Shown: positions 11,455-23,595 of the stretch, piece by piece
Numbering within the stretch: the first letter of the stretch is position 1
Layout: each line of letters begins with the position of its first letter
Assembly (NCBI RefSeq): GCF_964188315.1
Contig: NC_135663.1
Span: forward strand, 27,652,001-27,716,000
DNA length: 64,000 bases
From: Podarcis muralis
Lineage: Eukaryota
Direction of reading: 5' to 3'
Notes under the pieces: generated by a model
Databases searched by the model: none
The model's input: only the letters and a program-made list of their open reading frames with translations
What the model was told of the DNA's origin: nothing
Position numbers and translations under genes: made by a program

Positions 11455-12497
11455 TTTTCTGATTGACAAAGTGGAAGTGCTGGGAACCTTGGGAGGAAGT
11501 GATCATGTCCTACTGGGTTTCATTATAATGGAAAACTGAGTGTAGTTGGACATGCACTCTGGACTTTAAGAAAGCTGATTTCATAAAGCTTAAGGATGAG
11601 ATCTCATGGTCAGAGAATGGAGTCCAAGATGGACAGCAGTTTCTTAAAGGGGAAATACTGAATGCCCAAATGCAGACAATTCCAACAAAAAGAAAAGTGG
11701 GAAGCATCTGAAGAAATAGGTGTAGCTGCATAAGGGGCTTACAGATGAGTTGAGATTTAAATGCATCTATAAGAAATAAAAGAAATGGGAAATGACAAAG
11801 GAAGAGTGTACATGAGTAGTCAACAGTTGTAGGGAGAAGGTCAGGCAGGCCAAAGCTCAGCATGAGCTCAGGCTTGCTAGAGAGTATAAAAATAATTTTA
11901 AAACTCATCGGCTATGTTGGGAGCAAGATCAAGATCAAGTAAGTAGTAGGTCCTCTGCATAGAGATAGAGATCTTGGGTGACAGAGAGATGGCTGAACTA
12001 CTCAACACCTCCTTTGCCTCTGTACTCAGCTAGATTGGTAAAGAAAACATGATTTACCGTATATACATTGTATATGCGATATAACACTGTGCCACACACT
12101 GTGGTGTGGAGTCCCGTTTTCCTCTACCTGTTTTCCCTGTTTAAATTTACAATGGGTTTAACTGAAATGCTTCTTTGATGTGTCTAGATCCAGCCTCTGT
12201 TTTCACCCAAAATGAAAGTGATGCCCAACCTGGTGATAAGAGAATGAATGATGCAAGGAGGGAGTTGCAGCCCGAGATAGGAAAAGAGGTGGTAGCTACT
12301 TTAAATAAATTCAAATCTCCAGAGTATGATGAGCTGCACCGTAGGGCACTAAAGGAATTTGTGGATGTAATATCAGAACCTCTGTCTATAATTTTGAGAA
12401 TCCTGAGAGAACAGGTGAGGTTCCTACAGACTGGAGGTGGGCAAATGTTGTCCCGATCTTCAAGGGGGAGAGGGAGAGACCCAGGTAACTACTGACC
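11455..12497 (+). mobile_element. decayed CR1 LINE ORF2 fragment (endonuclease end/linker to start of RT)
   Basis: Translates to CR1-typical VEVLGTLGGSDHVLL, DFKKADF and NKFKSP..DELH.RALKE..DVISEPLSII...DPGNY motifs, with stops and frameshifts. Confidence 0.85.
12024..12195. mobile_element. unclassified ~170-bp repeat inserted in CR1
   Basis: Interrupts CR1 at a duplicated TCTGT; similar to 34765-34934 (shared AGCTAGATTG.TAAAGAAAA, ATATAACACTGTG, TTTAACTGAA, TGTCTAGATCCAGCC). Confidence 0.6.
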
Positions 12498-14738
12498 ACA
12501 CAAAAAGAAAACGGCATAATTTACCCAGGAGAAAAATATAGCTACCTTAGCTCAAAGCAAGGAATTTATTTTGCTACTATTTTCACTTGTTCCTTGTTTC
12601 TGGTGCTGAAACTGAATTCTTATGGCTTTTAAACATTATTTCAGTTTGAATATAATCTGTCTCTTATTGGCATTTGATTTTACATCATCACAGAAGAACC
12701 TTTACTGGCGGATAATCCAGGATGCATCATTTACCTAATAACATGTTAGGCTGGGTCCCAGAGCGGAAGAGATTATCTCTGCATGGGCTCTTGGAGTAAA
12801 ATCACCATATAAACAATAGAAGATTTGAGTCTGAGTTTATTACTTACAAATGTTGTGGCATCTCTACAACTGCCAATCTTATGTAAGGCTGCTGGGGCAT
12901 TTAGGGGATAGCAGCCCCTACACAGAAACACACTAGGGCCGGCCCAGTAGGTACCTAGCTTGCATGAAACTGGTGCTAGTTTAGGTTGTCTTCCTGCAAT
13001 CATCAAATATCCATTCTGATTATGTTCCATGAGTCCAACCCCAAATCATGCTACATAATGTGATCACTACCAGGGAAGATTATTACCTGAATGTATAACA
13101 CTTTCTGTTGACAGTACAGAATTACATAGTACATGACGGGCATCCACATTATAGCTACAGTAGACTTTTTCATATTAAGAAAAACACTCTGAAAGTAATT
13201 AGTGTCCCTTGGTTCTGGACCTAATTTGGTAGGGAGGCTGGAATACTCACTCCTGTCCTCCTATGAAGCAATGCCGTAGGGGAGTTCAGGTGATACACTA
13301 CATGCTTATAGGAAGTACACATGAAGGCAGGTACGTACAGAGGCGGGGCAGCCAGCTACAGTTGCCCGGGGTCTCAGAGGGCTAAGCCAGCCAGGGGTCC
13401 AACCAGGGACCGGCTACTTTTTTGTTTGAGTTTATAACTTTATTCTAATAAGACTCCCGCCTTGCACCTCAGAAACTGTGGTTTGGAGTAGAGCCTGGAA
13501 GAATCTGGCATGGTCTGCTTGCCCAAGGGATCCATATTTTCAAAAGCAATTCAACATTTTATTTTACTGTGGAACAATTAAAAAGGTTGATATGAGTTCA
13601 GTGTGGTGTGGGCTCACTAACAGGAGCATTGGGTTGGTTCCACCATCACCTTTTTGGTAAAGGGCAGAAACGGGGACCCTGCCATACCGCAAAGTCATTC
13701 AAACTTCAGGAATAAATGGCCTTTTTACTGTCCCTCAAAGCACCAAAATATGTTTTGTATACAAGGCTTCAGCCATTGTATTACCCTATTGATTCCTTAA
13801 TGTAAGATCTTGCTTCAGGGACACTATAAACATAGTATTGCTAAGGTCTTGCAATATCAATATTCATTTATTTTTTATTGATCTTCTTTGCACTTGTAAA
13901 TTCAGAGCTTAGTATTAATGTGTGGTGACAAACTGCTTAAATTTATGAAAATAAAATTCAGGCCAGTAGCCTAACCTGTTTACTGAAATTGTCAGAGCAT
14001 TTTCTTTTTCCTTTATGTGTAAATCCTTCAAATACCAAGGGAGCTATTTTGTGTGTGTGCCTTATACTGAATCAGCCCATCTAGTCAGGAATTATCAACC
14101 CTGACTCGTAATGCTTCTCCAAGCTTTCAGATGGGCGTCTTTCTCAACAAGATTCATGAGCAATCTCTGTACACCAGAAGAAGGGCAAATACTCCAGGGC
14201 CTTGAACAGCACACCAGGAAAACATTCTAGATACACTGGAAGAACACATCACCAGCAGCCGAGCCATTCCACAGGTAAAATTACTAGTGACTGGCTGAAA
14301 TGGGGTGGAGCCATGAGTGGAATGTGGACAACACAATGGAGGAGCCATATCAAGTGCCATATCTTCTCCTCTTCAATCCATGGCTGCACCTCTACTTTAA
14401 ACTTTAAACCAGTCCAAGGCCTTACACAAGGGATGCCACCCACATCCTTCACCACTGGTGCATGTAGAGACAAGTATGTTGCTACCATACTGAAATTAGC
14501 CTAGAATGAATGGCATCTGCATGCCACTTCAGAAAGTCCACATGAGTTGAGTGTAACATGTGGTGGTGTCAGTATGTGCCTTACAACCTTTTCAGTAGCT
14601 GGAATTCTGAAGGTGTTTTTTTTTTCTCCCTATGTACAGAGGCAGTCAGGAGAACAGCCACTAAATAAAAAATTATTAAATAAATTTTTTATTATTTTTA
14701 TTATTAACTGTGCAATCCTATACATGTTGAATTAGAAG

Positions 14739-15080
14739 TCCACAGAGCCTAGGGCTTGCCGATCAGTAGGTCAGCAGTTCGCATCCCCATGGCAGGGTGA
14801 GCTCCGGTTGTTCTGTCCCTACTCCTGCCAACCTAGCAGTTCGGAAGCGTGTCAAAGTGCAAGTAGATAAATAGGTACTGCTCCGGTGGGAAGGTAAACA
14901 GCATTTCCGAGCGCTGCTCTGGTTTGCCAGAAGCGGCTTAGTCATGCTGGCCACATGACCCGGAAGCTGTCTGCGGACAAACGCCGGCTCCCTCGGCCAG
15001 TAAAGCAAGATGAGCGCTGCCACCCCAGAGTCATCCGTGACTGGACTTAACGGTCAGGGGTCCCTTTACCTTTACCTTTA
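14739..15080 (+). mobile_element. Sauria/Squam1 SINE, 5' slightly truncated
   Basis: CCACAGAGCCTAGGGCTTGCCGATCAG...CCCTTTACCTTTACCTTTA. Confidence 0.9.
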
Positions 15081-16214
15081 CACACTGCATTCAGTAGGGC
15101 TCACTACTCAAGAAGTGCATGTAGAATTACATCCTACATATTTTTAGTAGTCTGAATGTGATCACTTTACATGCAACCATTTTCAGCACAACTGTTTTGT
15201 TTTCTATTGAAATGCCCTTTTCTTCAATCATTATAATGTTACAGGCCACCCCAATTTCGGCTTAACAATAGCAAGATTCCAGGGGTCTTGGCACTTAGGC
15301 AAGGTTTGTGCTCCTTTTTTAAATAAGGCACAGCAGAGGCTGGTGTCTTTAAGAAGTATGGTTTATTTTGCACATATTTACAGGCTGAGTTTTGATGGAG
15401 GAGGTGCAGAACATTACACCCCAAGAGTATCTCTTGTTGCTCCTCTCATAGCTTCAGCAAGCTTGGATCCAAAGCAGCAGCCAGCCATGACCACCAACAC
15501 CCGGGTTTCTGGGTGCAGCATCTCCCAGCCAGTGTTCATGGAGTGCTGCCCACTTTCGCCTTCCCAGCAGTACTTGCTCTCCCTCTCCATGCTGGCATCA
15601 TCTTCTGCCTGGCTAATGGCTCCCATTATCAAACAAACCAAGGTATTATAAGCCTTTTGTGTCTTCAGTGAGTCATTGCCAGGCTGGTCACATGAGGAAG
15701 CTAGTTGGTGTTATTCTAGCCCTTGCTGAATTTATCTGTTTGTTCACATTCTGACTCTTCACTGAATGTAGAGATTATGGGGGTATATGAAGTCTCACAG
15801 ATGTAAATAATCATCTAAATTACAAATTATAGCATCAGATTCAGTGTGTGTGTGTGTGATCCTTAATGCAGAATAGAAAGTGATCAGTAGGTATTTGGAA
15901 TATCCATAAGTGTTCTGAAATATGTGGGCTTTGCATTTACATTGCAAACTGATGAAAGCAAGAGTTGCTTTTATGCTGGATGTGCAGAGATGCCCTCAGG
16001 CTGCAATCCTCTGCACACCTAGCTGGGAGCAAGTCCTATTCACAGTTACATTAATCCATTCTGGATATTACACACGGGTTGGTTACATCTAGATTGGATT
16101 ACCCTTTACACATTTTTATGTGAGGCTGTCTTTGAAAACCTGTCTTGAAATGTCAGTTGACAGGAACCCAAGTTTGTGTTAAGACACCACATCAATATTT
16201 TACCATTTCATTGG

Positions 16215-16330
16215 CTCCTGATACATTCTTTGCCTTGCTTAGGCCAGTTCAAAAGGCAAACCATTAATGCTCTAGACAGTTCAGAACTGGAGTACCTTAA
16301 AGACCACCTGTACTTATATGAGCCTACATG
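16215..16330 (+). mobile_element. old L2 fragment
   Basis: CTGGAGTACCTTAAAGACCACCTG resembles the L2 C-terminal GP.YLKD.L motif. Confidence 0.35.
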
Positions 16331-16944
16331 TTACAGTCATCCTTTTCTATGTTATGCAAGCTGCCTCTATCTTTCTTCATCTTCTTCTTTGTTGGTGGTT
16401 TTATGTTGTTTGCATTGTGCCAGGTTTTATTGTAACTGTGACCCACACTGGACATCCCATTTCTGGAAGAGAAGTGTGGGACCTATAAGTGAGTGGATGG
16501 CTGTACATGAAAGCACACATACATGTCTGTGTGTGATATCCAATAAGATGCACTTCTGAAAATTACACTGATTCTGACTCTATAAATACCTATTTCCTTC
16601 TTTTTAAGAAAAATAGAGGACTGTTGTCTCTTCAGGTGTGTTCACATTACATTACCACCTTAGAGCACAGTGAAACTGTTGGGTTTTTTTGGTGCGTGTT
16701 TCACAGCTCTCTCCCCCACCCCAAGCTGTTCACATCAACACAGCTTCCTAAGTATCAGATTCATTTCTGTCTGTGTACACACCTGGAGGCATTGATAGGG
16801 TGGGGATATCTTTGTGCTATGCAAAGCTGTTCACACCTTAACTAGAGATGAATTGGGAGCATCTTAAAGACTCCAAGTGGTGTGAAGCTGGTTTGAGAAA
16901 CAATACATCAGACAGTAGCATTTTATGATAAAGTACAGGGTATT

Positions 16945-17387
16945 ATTAATTATTAAATGAATGTATTGCTTGCTTTTTTACAAAGTGGCTTGCAATATAT
17001 AAGCAAACGAACAAACACATACATTAAAACTGGTATTAAAAAATCTAAAAGACAATCCTATTTTTAAAATGCAGGATTAAAACATCACCCCCCTTAGGAG
17101 GCCACAGATAAATTTAAACCCAAAGGCCTGGCAAAAAAGAAATGTTTTTGGCTGGCACCTAAAGATATGTAATGATGGCACCAGGTGAGCCTCCTTGGGG
17201 AAAGCATTCCACAAGCAGGGAGCCACTACTGCAAAGCCCCATTCTCTTTTGCCAACACTCTCAACCTCCTATGGAGCAGGGACATGGGGAAGGGTCTCAG
17301 ATGGTGATTCTAGGATCAGTATGGTTCTTATGGGGAGTGGCAGTCCTTGAGGTATTGGAGTCTGGGGCCTCATAAGGCTGCATAAGT
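16945..17387 (-). mobile_element. old L2 LINE 3' region (continues at ~17770-17810)
   Basis: Antisense L2-type motifs (GGCACCAGGTGAGCCTCC, GCATTCCACAAGCAGGGAGCCACTACTG); resumes as TTTGAATGGGACCCAG after the nested insertion. Confidence 0.6.
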
Positions 17388-17389
17388 CA

Positions 17390-17731
17390 AAACCAGCCTT
17401 GGTCCAGTATACCTGAAGGAGCATCTCCACCACCATCGTTCAGCCCAGACACTGAGGTCCAGCACTGAGGGTCTTCTGGTGGTTCCATCACTGCGAGAAG
17501 TGAGGTTACAGGGAACTAGACAGAGGGCTTTCTTGGTAGTGGTGCACGCCCTATGGAACACCCTCCCACCAGATGTCAAGGGGAAAACAACTATCTGACT
17601 TTTAGAAGACATCTAAAGGCAGCCCTGTTTAGGGAAGTTTTTGATGTTTGATGTTTTATTGTGTTTTTAATATCCTGTTGGAAGCCACCCAGAGTGGCTG
17701 TAGAGGCCCAGCAAGATGGGCGGGGTATAAG

Positions 17732-17769
<38 letters not shown>
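17390..17769 (+). mobile_element. younger L2-type LINE 3' end with (GTT)n tail
   Basis: GGTCCAGTATACCTGAAGGAGCATCTCC...TGGAACACCCTCCCA...GGCAGCCCTGTTTAGGGAAG...GATGGGCGGGGTATAA followed by the GTT tail. Confidence 0.8.
17731..17769 (+). repeat. (GTT)13 microsatellite (LINE tail)
   Basis: Read directly. Confidence 0.95.
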
Positions 17770-17825
17770 ATTTGAATGGGACCCAGAAAATAATTGGTAG
17801 TCAGTGCAGGATACATATATGCTTG

Positions 17826-18278
17826 TGCAATGGTTTCTAAGGGGTTGCTCGTGCGTAAGCAGGTACCTATCTCCCCGGCTGGATGCAAACACCTGGCTGG
17901 GCTGCCAAAGTGAACCTCATCTGTCCGGACCACCACTCACCCGTGGCTGACTCAGTCGCTGGCAGAATCCGTGAGTGGGCGTTTCTTAAACTTCTTCTAG
18001 CAAAGAAGCTCTTTGACGCCTAGTCTCCGCCTACCCTCTCTGCGTGAAAGCCTTCTGCGCAGGGAGGGCGTGGGCAACGGAGGACCCCTACTCTCCCCGC
18101 TGGTCCCAGGCAAGGAGTCATGGGACCGCCTCGCCACTTCCCCCACCTGCCCCCCTTCTCCACTGGTGCTACGCTGATTCTCTTCCTCAGAAGATGGGCT
18201 GCTTCTCCTGATCCCTGGACGCTCTCTGGAATCCCTCTTTTGCGCTCTCCCTCCAGTACTGATGGCAGTTCCCTGACA
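17826..18278 (-). mobile_element. solo LTR
   Basis: TG...CA ends with GCTTG direct repeat on both sides (17821-17825, 18279-18283); minus strand begins TGTCAGGGA like the LTR at 20467. Confidence 0.65.
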
Positions 18279-18632
18279 GCTTGTGATAATGTCATGTGAA
18301 CATGGACTAAAAACTCAGCCCTGGAAACACAGTGCACAGCAAGTAGGAGTGTAAACACATCTTAAACAGAGTATGAATCAATCCTTGTTACTGGGGATCT
18401 GCATTGCAGTATTGGTAGTACTGTAGTATTGGTCTACTGGTCATGACTGGTATATACCACCTCTGAGTTCAGAGGCAGTTTTCCTCTGTGAGTACCAGTT
18501 GCTGGGGAACAACAGCAGGGAAGAGCTGTTGCCTTTATATCCTGCTTTTGGGCTTTGAAATACCCTCAGACATAACAGGCTTCCCCAAGGCATCCAGTTC
18601 ATCACAGTGCTAAGCACCTTGTTAGATTAGAT

Positions 18633-18767
18633 CAGCCTTTCTCTACCATGGGTCCCCAGATGTTGTTGGACCACAACTGCCATCATTCCTCACCACTGGC
18701 CATGCAGGATAGGAATGATGGGAGTTGTGGTCCAACAACATCTGGGGACCCAAGGTTGAGAACATAG
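18633..18767. mobile_element. hAT-type palindromic MITE
   Basis: Arms GGGTCCCCAGATGTTGTTGGACCACAACT / AGTTGTGGTCCAACAACATCTGGGGACCC. Confidence 0.7.
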
Positions 18768-19045
18768 ATGGACCATTGGATTGGTCCAGCAGGGTTTTTC
18801 CTAGGTTCTTATACAGCAGCGGAAGGTTATGCCCTGAGCATGAAGATGTGTGACTGTGCTTTTTCAATCACTAGCTTGATTGTCAATGGCAGCAGAGGAA
18901 ACCCAAATGGACAGTTCATCCATTCTCTGCTTTTCTCTCTCTTCTCCCTTTCTCCTGTCATATACATCACAACCACAATAAGTCTTTCCTGCTGGCAGCC
19001 ATTAAACAGGAGGAATGAAGCACCTCAGATTTCACAAGCACACAT

Positions 19046-19046
<1 letters not shown>

Positions 19047-19076
<30 letters not shown>
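19047..19076 (+). repeat. (CA)n microsatellite
   Basis: Read directly. Confidence 0.95.
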
Positions 19077-19077
<1 letters not shown>

Positions 19078-20079
19078 TTTAGCAATGATGCCGCTAATGA
19101 GAGCCTGGCTCTCAGCAGTTTAAAATCAATGCAGTACAACGCCACATACATGCTCTCGGCTCCATTACAACTGGAGGATATATTGCTCAAGACAAGGTTC
19201 ACTTAACTTCTTGTGAAGAGAAAATTTGTGAATGTCAGTTCTTACAAATGGTTCAAAGTAAGAAGTAATTTGCAATTTACCCAGAGGCTCTGGGTTTTTG
19301 GTTCATTCCCACAGAAAAACACAAGTGGCTTAGAGATAAAGCTGAGTGAGGTGCCTCAGTGCAAGTTTTATAAGCCGTGTTCTGCCCCCACAGGGTTCAG
19401 TTATTTAGTGACAGCAAATCTGTGTATTAGTATTAGGTAGAAGGTAAAAAGGAACAACGCTGCCCTTTTAAGAAAAGATAGTGCCTTTCCTCCTTTTTAG
19501 ACCCCAAGGGCAGGTTGGGAAATGTAGGCACAGCAGTATTCTACTTTCTACTGGCTCTGCCAGAGAGCAGGAAAATACCTCCCTTCTATTGACTCTGGCC
19601 AGACCGAGAAGAAACCTCTCTTCCTCCTTTGTAATCTAGTGACAGTCTAGTTATGGCATACCCAAGAAGAAGGGCGAGCTCACCTCGTCCTTACAGAGCT
19701 TCACAGAGAACTTCATAAAAAGCTTCTAACCATCTTCATTCAGAGCCAAAGAACAGCCTATTGGAATGTGAATAATATTTCTACGTGTGCCCTGATTATA
19801 TTCAATGAATCTATGTATGAGAGCTCTGTGGAGTTTTGTCAATACTATCGAGAAAGAGAGAGAAATCTCCAGACGGAACGAGCAGCTATAATGTATTCAA
19901 ATTGCCCGTTGGTCAAGAGCAGTCCTTAATTTGGAAACTAACAAAATACTCTTCTAGATTTCAGATTTGTGCTCATTGATACATTTTGTTGAATGCTGCA
20001 GCCTTGATCATGTGTGCTTGTGACATACCTCAAGCCTGTATTTCCTCTAAGGGAAATGATAGGGAGGTGGAAATCGATA

Positions 20080-20294
20080 CAGTGGTACCTCGGGTTACAG
20101 ATGCTTCAGGTTACAGACTCCGCTAACCCAGAAATAGTACCTCGGGTTAAGAACTTTGCTTCAGGATGAGAACAGAAATCGCGTGGCAGCAGCAGGAGGC
20201 CCCATTAGCTAAAATGGTACATCAGGTTAAGAACAGTTTCAGGTTAAGAACAGACCTCCAGTACGGATTAAGTTTTTAACCTGAGGTACCACTG
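20080..20294 (+). mobile_element. family A Tigger-like MITE, full length
   Basis: TA|CAGTGGTACCTC...GAGGTACCACTG|TA. Confidence 0.93.
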
Positions 20295-20466
20295 TATAAT
20301 CAACTGAAATACTCATCTGGTACACCAGGCATAGAACACAAGTGATACACAGAGACATATATTTATGCTGTGCTAAGTTACCAATTTGAGCATTTTAGAT
20401 TTCAGAGACATGAGTTCTATATCCTTCACATATTCATATGGTAAACTTGAATAGATGCAGACAGAC

Positions 20467-20824
20467 TGTCAGGGAGAGGCAAACGGCAAAAGAGCTAAGG
20501 GGAGAGACCAGCACTTATAGAGAGCCGAAAGAGATAATTAGTAGTCTGTCGTCTGACAGCGAAGAGGAGGCAGGGAGGGGGGAGGCTGAGCCCGGAACTA
20601 GTTATTCTTTGAACAGAGGAAATCAGAGGCGGGGTTTCCGCCGACTTGTTGGTCAAGAAAACGTAAAAAAAAACCCAGACAAGGCATCTTTGCCGACAGG
20701 GTCGGACATGCTTTGAAGCTCTGGAAACGTTCTTTTGAACTTTGTAAATAAATCAAAAAGATTGTAACTGGCAGTGAGCCTGGAGTTTTATCTATGCCGG
20801 CTTTGGCAGCACGCACCTCTCACA
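20467..20824 (+). mobile_element. solo LTR
   Basis: CAGAC|TGTCAGGG...CCTCTCACA|CAGAC: TG..CA ends, 5-bp TSD, AATAAA near 20746. Confidence 0.8.
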
Positions 20825-22933
20825 CAGACCTTAAGACAATTGAGCGCCTATATTCAGAACTACAACAGTACTAAATACCTCTTACTATCAGTCACTGTTT
20901 TCTCCCCTCAGAGAGTCTTAGAATGACATTATGTAATGGTGTATCATACTACATGGTCATATGTGTGTGTGACTTCTGAGGAAGCAGGCTTAGATTCAAA
21001 CTTTACCAGTTGGAAAGAAGGAGAAATCATCCCAGGTGTGGTTTTATCAAAATCTGGGATGAAGTGCCATTCTCTTTGTCTTCTGAGCTGGGTACAGATG
21101 TGTAGGTGCTGAAGCAGTTCCTGGGTGCTGTAGAGGGCTGCACAAGGACTAATAAACTAAAGCTAAATCCTGGTTAAATGATCAGTTCTTGGATTGAGAA
21201 TTGGTGAGTGGCCTGTTTTGAACAGGACAATAGAAGTCTTCCCTGTAAAGACTTGCCTGACTCCAAAATTTAGGTGCCAGGGACAGTGTTTTTGTTTACC
21301 CATGCATTTTAATGTGTTGGGAGGTAATCACATGAATTTAATTTATTGTTGTAATCATTGGGGCTGCATGCGCGCACATGTGTATGTGTATAAAAATGTT
21401 TTAAATAAACAAAAAGTGTCCCTGATTTTGTTAGCACAGGGTGTGTGTTTATCAAGGAGCAATAATCCTGGGGTGATACATACTGAAGCTTTTTTAAAAC
21501 ACACACACACGAAAGCGTATTGGTGTGTGTGCAAAAACCCTTTGAATAATGCTCTAAAATGACTAAACAACTTTAAAAAGGTGACTTGGTAGAATATATG
21601 TATTCCCTACAAAGCGGGGGGGGCAGAATGCTGAAGCATGCATTAAACTTGCAAGGTTCTGAACAGTAGCCTGAGGCAGATAATTATAGCTGGAGTGATG
21701 GGAATAGACTACAGGAAGCCCATGCTTATCAAAAATTGATGCGTTTCTAGCATATACCACAACACATCAGCTGCATGGGCAGCTTTTGGAATATTGAAAA
21801 ATTTGAAATATTGACACACAATTATGCTTAGAGTGGCTCGTAAAGATCTGGAACAATGAAACAGCAATAAAAATGAAAGAAAAACATTATAGAAAATGCA
21901 TTTCATGATAAGTTACCTCTCCCTTTATTCACTGATCTACCCATTTATGAATCTGAGTTCCCATTGCATGCAAAGTTATGGCAATAATTTAAGTAGAACT
22001 AGTCTACTGATCTAAGCAAGTGGGGTTTTCTTCTTCTTTTTACTTTGAAAATATAGGTTGATAGAAGAGGAGCCACAGTGGGATTTTCATACGTGCCATT
22101 TGACAATATACAATAGGTGTTAAAAAAAGAGAAATCTGGATTGATTGTAGCAATATAGGCAGGGCTGCCAATGGGTTTTCCCAGCAGGGCTCGGGTGCTT
22201 TCACATCCACAAGAAAGCAGAAAAATGAGCAAGTAAAGTTGTTTGCATCACTGCAACTCCATTCCTAGGCAAGTTTCTCTTGGCTGAATTTCTGCTTCTC
22301 ACAGAGCTTGTAAAGGCACTGGAGCCCCACCAGAAAACAGCTGAAATCCTTTCGCAAAATAGCAGTGGAAAGCATGTTTTAAAAAGAGCTCAGCAACAGA
22401 CATTTTGTCAGAGTCAGCCACAACCATTTAAGAAAAGATATATCCACTCCCCGATGATTGGCAGGAGGGTTTCTGGTTCAAGAATGAAAACTGCTTGGAT
22501 CTGCTTGTTGCACAGGAGAACAAGGCAGTACATTTATTCTTGTGAAATCTGCCACCCTTGGGGACAAATCCCACCTCAACCCGAGGTTCGGTGTCCAGGC
22601 TACTGTAATGGGACGAGAAATAAAATGTGACAAGGGAGTTGTTTCTTTAGCAGTTGCATAAAAGAGATTTTAGCAGATACAGCTTGTTCCATCGCAGTAT
22701 CGCAGAGGTGAGAAAATCAACGCTTGCTGATATTCCCTCTTTTACACAACTGGAGTTTTGTCCTCTATTGCACCCACTCATCTCATTCCTTAGGGACATT
22801 CATTATACATAAAAGAAACCTAACAGGACTCAGAGTTATAGATTTGTTGTGAGCTTTAAGAGGAGTGTTATATGTCAGTCGGAAACAGCAATACTTTCAA
22901 TTATCAGCTGTAGGAAACTGCAAGAGGGGAGAG

Positions 22934-23040
22934 TTCTCTAGTGCTCAAATTCTGACTGGGGGTTTCTCACAGGCATCTGTGAGAATAGGATGCTTGAATA
23001 GATGGGCCATTGATCTGATCCAGCAGCCTCTTCTTATGAT
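22934..23040 (-). mobile_element. ancient squamate SINE / LINE-tail fragment
   Basis: Reverse of the CATAAGAAGAG.CTGCTGGATCAG...CCCATCTA motif also seen at 29982-30080 (+) and ~44455-44570 (-). Confidence 0.55.
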
Positions 23041-23170
23041 CTAATGTCACTTTGTGGTGGTGTTAGGCCAATCACTCTCTCTTACTTACTCTCTGTCATT
23101 TGTGTTCTCACAATTTCTTATGAGCACTATTATCAACATTTTACAACTGGAGCATATTAAATAGAGCATA

Positions 23171-23595
23171 CAGTGGTACCTCAGGTTACATACGCTTCAG
23201 GTTACATACGCTTCAGGTTACAGACTCCGCTAACCCAGAAATATTACCTCGGATTAAGAACTTTGCTTCAGGATGAGAACAGAAATCGTGTGGCGGCAGC
23301 GGGAGGCCCCATTAGCTGGGTCCGTCAGTTAACATGAATGTCTGAGCTCTGGAAGATTTTGGACATGGACCACTCTGCAGATATACCTTGGTACCTCAGG
23401 TTACAGTCTCCACTAACCCAGAAACAGTGCTTCAGGTTAAGAACTTTGTTTCAGGTTGAGAACAGAAATCGTGCTCCGGCGGCGCGGCAACAGCAGGAGG
23501 CCCCATTAGCTAAAGTGGTGCTTCAGGTTAAGAACAGTTTCAGGTTAAGTACGGACCTCCGGAATGAATTAAGTACTCAACCTGAGGTACCACTG
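23171..23595 (+). mobile_element. composite family A MITE (5' half + 73-bp captured segment + near-complete second MITE)
   Basis: TA|CAGTGGTACC at 23171; MITE breaks at 23317; 23316-23388 is the reverse complement of 1295-1366; second MITE spans 23389-23595|TA. Confidence 0.9.

Noticed and set aside
14131-14274. Plus-strand exon-like segment
   Set aside because: The acceptor lies in a decayed SINE-like fragment and the donor is only moderate.
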